Source of the DNA: Thermoplasmatota archaeon
GTDB lineage: Archaea; Thermoplasmatota; Penumbrarchaeia; Penumbrarchaeales; Penumbrarchaeaceae
NCBI GenBank assembly: GCA_965234725.1
Contig: CBDDUX010000104.1
Span: 1-12,329 of the forward strand
Direction of reading: 5' to 3'
Length of the DNA stretch: 12,329 bases
Shown here: positions 7,787 to 12,329 of the stretch, piece by piece
How positions within the stretch are numbered: position 1 is the stretch's first letter
Layout: each line of letters opens with the position of its first letter
Program-made: the position numbers and the translations under genes
Notes under the pieces: model-generated
Databases searched by the model: none
What the model was told of the DNA's origin: nothing
The model's input: the letters and a program-made list of their open reading frames with translations, nothing else

Positions 7787-8413
7787 TCACCTGAAGTACT
7801 TTATCATTGCCTTGTAAAGATTATCCATTCCGTAACCGGCTAGTGCAGATACAGGTATCGTTGGGTGCTGTGGGAATGCATCCCTGATCGTTGCAGGAGA
7901 TGCGTTCTCCAGGTCCATCTTGTTGGCAACAATTATCGTTGGAAGTTCCCTTGCTTCCAGATTACCGAGTAGGGTCACGTTAACCTGATTGAAAGGATCC
8001 TCTGCTGAATCCATCACCAGCAGTACACCATCTACCTTGTCCAGCCATTTGATCGCCTCGATCACACCTTCCGTTGCTTCTTTGGCTCTTCCACGGGCCT
8101 TCTCCTCATCCATCCCGAACTCCTCCACAAAATTGTGGAAGTCGATCTTTGTGGCGATCCCTGGTGTGTCGACAATATTGAAGCTAATCTTGGACCCTGC
8201 TGCCTTTATGACTATTTCCTTGGCCTCTTTTGCCCTGCGGGTCTCATGGGGGATCTCGGAGGTCTTTCCAAGAGGTTTTCCCGTCCAATCCCGGCTGATC
8301 CTATTTGCCAGAGTGGTCTTCCCAGCATTGGGTGGTCCATATATCCCTATTGAGGGTTGTCTTTTCCTGAAGAGTCTGGACAACCCCTTCAAGATCGAAT
8401 TAAAAAAACCCAT
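7787..8413 (-). CDS. oapA: OapA/ArvA Era-like small GTPase
   Basis: G1 GPPNAGKT, G2 IPHETR, G3 DTPG, G4 NKMD, G5 SAL. Family-typical TTLANRIxRDWTG and AKEATEGVIEAIKWL. GGAGGT RBS at 8423-8428. Confidence 0.93.
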   Translation of the reverse strand: MGFFNSILKGLSRLFRKRQPSIGIYGPPNAGKTTLANRISRDWTGKPLGKTSEIPHETRRAKEAKEIVIKAAGSKISFNIVDTPGIATKIDFHNFVEEFGMDEEKARGRAKEATEGVIEAIKWLDKVDGVLLVMDSAEDPFNQVNVTLLGNLEARELPTIIVANKMDLENASPATIRDAFPQHPTIPVSALAGYGMDNLYKAMIKYFR

Positions 8414-8452
8414 CCGCCTCTGACCTCCGGTTCATCTCTATTAGGACCTGCT

Positions 8453-8462
8453 TACATAAAAA
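8453..8462 (-). promoter_or_regulatory. Possible TATA box of the oapABC operon
   Basis: The minus strand reads TTTTTATGTA about 40 nt upstream of ATG 8413, placing the start site just before the RBS. The BRE is weak. Confidence 0.35.
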
Positions 8463-8479
8463 GATAACTCTGACCATGT

Positions 8480-8521
8480 AAAAAATAATAAAAATAACAG
8501 GGGCAGGATCGCTCCTGCCCC
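8480..8521 (-). terminator. Stem-loop plus T-rich tract terminator after the 1168-aa surface protein gene
   Basis: Perfect 9-bp stem GGGGCAGGA / TCCTGCCCC (8500-8508, 8513-8521) with a 4-nt loop. On the minus strand it is followed by TGTTATTTTTATTATTTTTT and lies 11 nt after the stop at 8533. Confidence 0.8.
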
Positions 8522-8532
8522 GATCTCACTGA

Positions 8533-11500
8533 TCACTGCTGGCCTTCATACATAGGATTCTGCTGCTCTGCAACAGGTTCCTGGTATAATGGATTCTCGG
8601 CTTCGGGGTATAATGGAGCTGGCTCCATTGGCTGGGGCTGAGCATCCATGGGTTGGGCAGGCGGTAGTGCTTCGCTCTGAATACCTCCCTCGGCACCTGG
8701 CAGGGTTGGTACGGATGTATCAACCATTGGCATGGTTGGAATATCCAACTGAGGTGTTGCCAGCATTGCCTCTTCTTCTGCCTCTTCCCTCTTGTCGGAT
8801 TCCTCTTCACGATGTATCCTGAGGTATCCGATCACAACGATAAGGGCTGCAATTATTATAGCAGCTATCACAACAATAATGAACACCCAAAATGCGAAAG
8901 GCTCATCCAATGCCGGGGCAGGTTTATCGCCTAGAATTGCCGATGGTTTGCTTTCAGAGTCCCATGGATTGGTTGCATCCCTTTTGCCATTGTAGGGACC
9001 CACACCGTCATCTCCAAGGTATTCCTGGATATTGGTATACCCGTCGGAGTCAGAGTCCTCATTCCTATCCGATGCATCGGAAAGGTCAAGAAGATTTTCC
9101 CATTCCCAGAGATCGACCATTCCATCCAGGTCAGTATCATTCGTTTTGCTTGGTATGTATTTCACAATTTTTACAGATACTGTAGCAATAGCCCTGTCAA
9201 GATCCTTATGCCCCGAATCACCCACATAAAGTGTGATCGTATGCCATCCCAGGGTCTCAAACCTGAAGTTATTAAATATCATATCAGTTGAAAGGGTAGT
9301 ATTCCCCTCCTTCCATTCGAATTTCAGGTTTCCTGCATCGACATCCACATCATATGAGCCTGAACCATCGAAGTTAATAAGCTCTGTGATGTTGAATTGA
9401 GCAAGGTTCTTTGGGGACCTTATCTGAGCAACAGGCTCCGTATTGACAAGGATCTGGAACATCTGAGATGCTGACCAGGGTCCACCTTCCCTTCCGGTAT
9501 ATGCTCCATTGCCTGCCCTGTCCTTGGCTATGAACTGCATGAAGTTCATCTCACCCTCAATAAAATTCTCGTAAAGGAAATGGACCCATATGAGATTGTT
9601 CTCATCCATCTTGTCATACCATTTCCTCGGAAGCTCTTCCCAGCCACCCTGAGGTTGTATTCCCGTTGACCAGATATAATTGCCTGATTCATCCAGTTCA
9701 TGGGAGATCCTGTAATAGATACCGGAATCGGTATTGATACCCGCGGTATCATCTCTAAGATAGAGTGATACCTCTTTCTCATTTATTATATCAAGATTAT
9801 GCCAGGCTCCAGATGTGGGGAAGAACTGTTCGAATGTCACCGGTGTGACATCGATCTTGATATTATATGGATCGGAGACAGCGTAGCCGTTCCCGGCCCA
9901 GTCCTTGACCCTGAACTTGATGTAATTCTCTGTCCCTTCAATGAACCTGGGCTGAACTGTCAACTCCACATCATCGTCAGCAGCCCTTGTGACCTCTTCG
10001 TCAAAGAGACCCACCGAGATCCAGTCTCCGAATTCATCCAATCCATCCGTTGAGATCGAATACTCCGCGGTGGATTTTCTTATTCCGGACATCTGACCGA
10101 TAATGGTCCCACCATCAATGCAAGTGATGGTTAGCTTGGGTGTCAGCGTCTTCAACCAGTTTGCTGTATTGTAAGAGAACTGAGTGAAGATCGGGTCTGC
10201 TTTGTCAATGAGGATCGTCTGTACTGCCGCCTCACCGATGTGTCCGACATTGTCAACTGCCCAGACGTAAAGTTTGAAGTCACCCACAGTTGTGAAGTTC
10301 CACACCCAGGAAGTGATCTTGGGATCCACGGATACAGCCGATTCATTGTTCTGATCAGGAGTACTGGAGATCCTGTATTCCCTGATACCTGATCCCGTAT
10401 CAGCAACAGAACCCCAGCTGACATAGAGGAAATCATCATTATCCACTTCCCTCTGTTTGTCCTTGAAGGAATCAGCTCTTATGACCAGTGCCGACGGAGC
10501 CTGAGGGGTGGAATCATCCACCTTAAGACCGATGGACGGTGGTTCAGCGAGAATACTTTTCGCCGGTACGCCCATGACCCTGACCTCAAACTCCTTCCTT
10601 AGTGCCCTGGTAGGCATGTTGACAGCTATGTGGAACTCCCTTCCCGAAACGTTCCTATCCTTGTATTCGGTAAGTTCGTCATCGATGACTGCCATGTAGA
10701 AGGAATCGTTCTGTGGATAATAAGTTGCATTGGGGGTGGTCATATTATAAAGGAGTGTTGCGCCAGTGAAGGTTATCGATTCATTGTCCCTGGTGAAACT
10801 TTCCTGTTTGAGCTCTCTTCCATCGTCACCAAGGATCATGAACTCACCATCTATCTTCAACTCATTGTCAAGATAGAACAGGTCTTCCTGAACCTTTGAA
10901 TAGGGTAAGGAAACGCCTCCACGGGCCCATAACGTGACGGGGATCATTCCGGTCCACGGGAATGCGAACTGGAATTTGACATATACCACCATATCCCAGG
11001 GTGTGAAAAGACCTGTGGTATCCGTTTCTGTCATTGACCTGATTATGTTCATCTCTATTGTTCCGTTGCCGGGACCATTGTCCCCTCCTCCCATCTCCCA
11101 ACTGGCTTTTCCTCCCTGGATCTTATACTGTGCATAGATCCCCAGGGAAGGTGGGCCGAAATACAACCTGATATCGTTAAGGTCGGCAGATCCAAGGTCA
11201 GGATGTGTCGTTGTAACATTGAATGAGAACTTATACTCCTGGTAATCAGCATAGCAGATGGGTATGGTCTCATTGTTCTCATTGACATAGTCGGTCTGGG
11301 CATTCTCCACTTCCACATGGCCTAAAACTGGTTCGGAATAGGAGAACTCTATTGCCATATTGTCTTGTAGTGTCTGGTCGTAGAATGTCTTGTAGATGGA
11401 TCCTACCGTCCCTGTCTCATCCTCGATCCCAACATTATGGTAATATCCGTTTACATAGGAACCGGTTCCGGCGGATTTGTACTGCATCTTTATCACACCG

Positions 11501-12039
11501 GTCTCATAGAGTATGACCTGGACCTGCTGACCATAGGATGAGAAGGTATTCCATTCAATGGCCAGGTATTCGGTGTTACCTGTGGAACCGAACATGTAAT
11601 AGGCGTTCCCATATCCATACCCCCAGCATACTGCTATCATCGGGTTGGGGGCTGCGGACTGTGGCATACCAGAACTGTAACCGATGGTATATGTGAAAGA
11701 ATCCAGACACACATATCCTCGGGCATGTACATAGGCTCTAGTGTATTCGTTCTCGTAATAAGGGAAATCCCACGGCAGATCTATCTGGCCATAGTCTTGG
11801 GATCCTGAACTGGAGAATCCCATACTGGTCCCAGAACTTTTCACATCTATCCAGCTATAAGTGGTCCTTGGCTGGTCACCGATACTGGTCATGTAATAGT
11901 AACCTCTCTCATCCTTTTCTGAAAGTGCTGCTGTTGCCTCATCCGATACGAGACCGGTAAGGACAAAGGCTGAAAGGATCATAGACATCACTAATACAAC
12001 GGCCATAAGGACCTTTTTCATATCCCCACTTTTATCCAT
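8533..12039 (-). CDS. Large secreted, C-terminally membrane-anchored surface protein (nidogen-like N-terminus, FN3/Ig-like, PKD, TSP3-like Ca-binding repeats, TM, P/Q/E-rich tail)
   Basis: 1168 aa. Signal peptide MKKVLMAVVLVMSMILSAFVL...ATA; YSWID...LPWDFPYYENEY...GYV nidogen-like motif; FN3-like PQAPSAL...VSWGSVADTGSGIREY...VWAVDNVG; Ig-like ends VKDWAGNG and AKDRAGNG; PKD PVAQI...FDGSGSYDVD...FEW...HTITLYV; DTDLDGMVDLWE and DSDSDGYTNIQEY repeats; TM FWVFIIVVIAAIIIAALIVVIGYL. A GAGGGGTG RBS-like sequence lies upstream, with an alternative start at 12021. Confidence 0.9.
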   Translation of the reverse strand: MDKSGDMKKVLMAVVLVMSMILSAFVLTGLVSDEATAALSEKDERGYYYMTSIGDQPRTTYSWIDVKSSGTSMGFSSSGSQDYGQIDLPWDFPYYENEYTRAYVHARGYVCLDSFTYTIGYSSGMPQSAAPNPMIAVCWGYGYGNAYYMFGSTGNTEYLAIEWNTFSSYGQQVQVILYETGVIKMQYKSAGTGSYVNGYYHNVGIEDETGTVGSIYKTFYDQTLQDNMAIEFSYSEPVLGHVEVENAQTDYVNENNETIPICYADYQEYKFSFNVTTTHPDLGSADLNDIRLYFGPPSLGIYAQYKIQGGKASWEMGGGDNGPGNGTIEMNIIRSMTETDTTGLFTPWDMVVYVKFQFAFPWTGMIPVTLWARGGVSLPYSKVQEDLFYLDNELKIDGEFMILGDDGRELKQESFTRDNESITFTGATLLYNMTTPNATYYPQNDSFYMAVIDDELTEYKDRNVSGREFHIAVNMPTRALRKEFEVRVMGVPAKSILAEPPSIGLKVDDSTPQAPSALVIRADSFKDKQREVDNDDFLYVSWGSVADTGSGIREYRISSTPDQNNESAVSVDPKITSWVWNFTTVGDFKLYVWAVDNVGHIGEAAVQTILIDKADPIFTQFSYNTANWLKTLTPKLTITCIDGGTIIGQMSGIRKSTAEYSISTDGLDEFGDWISVGLFDEEVTRAADDDVELTVQPRFIEGTENYIKFRVKDWAGNGYAVSDPYNIKIDVTPVTFEQFFPTSGAWHNLDIINEKEVSLYLRDDTAGINTDSGIYYRISHELDESGNYIWSTGIQPQGGWEELPRKWYDKMDENNLIWVHFLYENFIEGEMNFMQFIAKDRAGNGAYTGREGGPWSASQMFQILVNTEPVAQIRSPKNLAQFNITELINFDGSGSYDVDVDAGNLKFEWKEGNTTLSTDMIFNNFRFETLGWHTITLYVGDSGHKDLDRAIATVSVKIVKYIPSKTNDTDLDGMVDLWEWENLLDLSDASDRNEDSDSDGYTNIQEYLGDDGVGPYNGKRDATNPWDSESKPSAILGDKPAPALDEPFAFWVFIIVVIAAIIIAALIVVIGYLRIHREEESDKREEAEEEAMLATPQLDIPTMPMVDTSVPTLPGAEGGIQSEALPPAQPMDAQPQPMEPAPLYPEAENPLYQEPVAEQQNPMYEGQQ

Positions 12040-12069
12040 TTTTCACACCCCTCTTTGATCGATCGAACT

Positions 12070-12329
12070 TTACTGAGTATCGCTCCCTCCCTCTAAGGGT
12101 TGTCCCATGGGTGCAGCCTGCATAGGCTGGGCTTCCATGGGTTGAGCGGCCATTGGTTGTGCTTCCATCGGTTGAGCTGAGGGCTCAGCAGAAGGAAGAG
12201 CAGTAGACATATCATGAACAGAAGCAGAAGGAAGTGCACTCGCCTCGCCCTTGGATGAAGCAAGAAGATTGTTTAAACGAGCACGACCACCAGAAGCAAG
12301 AGCGTTCTCCATTAGCTGCTTCTCATCTT
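12070..12329 (-). CDS. C-terminal low-complexity tail of an upstream gene (5'-truncated), probably another surface protein related to the 1168-aa one
   Basis: The frame is open to the window edge (DEKQL before MENAL). ALPS and AQPM(E/A)AQP repeats resemble the neighbour's ALPPAQPMDAQPQPM. The stop is only 30 nt before the next start, suggesting co-transcription. Confidence 0.7.
   Translation of the reverse strand, partial: DEKQLMENALASGGRARLNNLLASSKGEASALPSASVHDMSTALPSAEPSAQPMEAQPMAAQPMEAQPMQAAPMGQPLEGGSDTQ
12110..12184 (-). repeat. Degenerate 15-bp coding tandem repeat (MEAQP-type pentapeptide, about 5 copies)
   Basis: Plus-strand units GGTGCAGCCTGCATA, GGCTGGGCTTCCATG, GGTTGAGCGGCCATT, GGTTGTGCTTCCATC, GGTTGAGCTGAGGGC encode SAQPMEAQPMAAQPMEAQPMQAAP. 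Confidence 0.8.

Noticed and set aside
9350..9376. DGSGS as an integrin-beta/vWA MIDAS (DxSxS) motif
   Set aside because: It lies in FDGSGSYDVD, the standard PKD-domain motif in a beta-strand context. No vWA alpha/beta pattern surrounds it.
127..11318. Numerous antisense or alternate-frame ORFs (e.g. 2777-3337 +, 6031-6624 -, 6762-7103 +, 7337-7663 +, 7989-8423 +)
   Set aside because: They overlap well-supported genes or promoters, many are Ser/Pro-rich mirror translations of acidic proteins, and none shows recognisable motifs.
12110..12184. 15-bp periodic repeat as a CRISPR array or non-coding VNTR
   Set aside because: There are no spacers, the units are degenerate at third codon positions and in frame within a CDS, and no cas genes are present.
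1..12329. Mobile element, prophage, defence system or structural RNA gene
   Set aside because: No integrase, transposase, capsid or nuclease motifs and no terminal repeats were seen. Intergenic gaps are all under 200 bp and show no tRNA-like pattern.

Overview
Archaeal chromosomal window, most likely Thermoplasmatota-like. This is inferred from gene content, BRE/TATA-type promoters and GGAGG/AGGTGA ribosome-binding sites, not from a marker gene. It holds nine genes, two of them cut by the window edges. At the centre is a complete oapABC/arvABC operon on the minus strand: an Era-like small GTPase, a DUF2073-type protein and a DUF2072-type Zn-ribbon protein. In haloarchaea this operon was linked to oriC1 and to extracellular-vesicle formation. 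Converging on it is a coiled-coil protein with a C-terminal helix-hairpin-helix domain. The operon is flanked by large single-pass surface proteins: one with an FG-GAP-like beta-propeller plus CARDB/Ig stalk, one with FN3/Ig/PKD/TSP3-like domains, and two partial relatives at the edges. An HTH_10 (Bat-type) regulator sits near the left end. No rRNA, tRNA, CRISPR array or mobile element is visible. The most striking observation is the cytoplasmic tail of the 1168-aa surface protein. It has IHREE next to the membrane and ends in ENPLY-x8-NPMYEG, closely resembling an integrin beta tail. An integrin-alpha-like propeller/Ig/TM protein lies nearby, and the GTPase between them has an Arf-like amphipathic N-terminus. 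Together these suggest a possible archaeal adhesion or vesicle-cargo-sorting module. That interpretation is a hypothesis from motifs only and may be convergence or chance.
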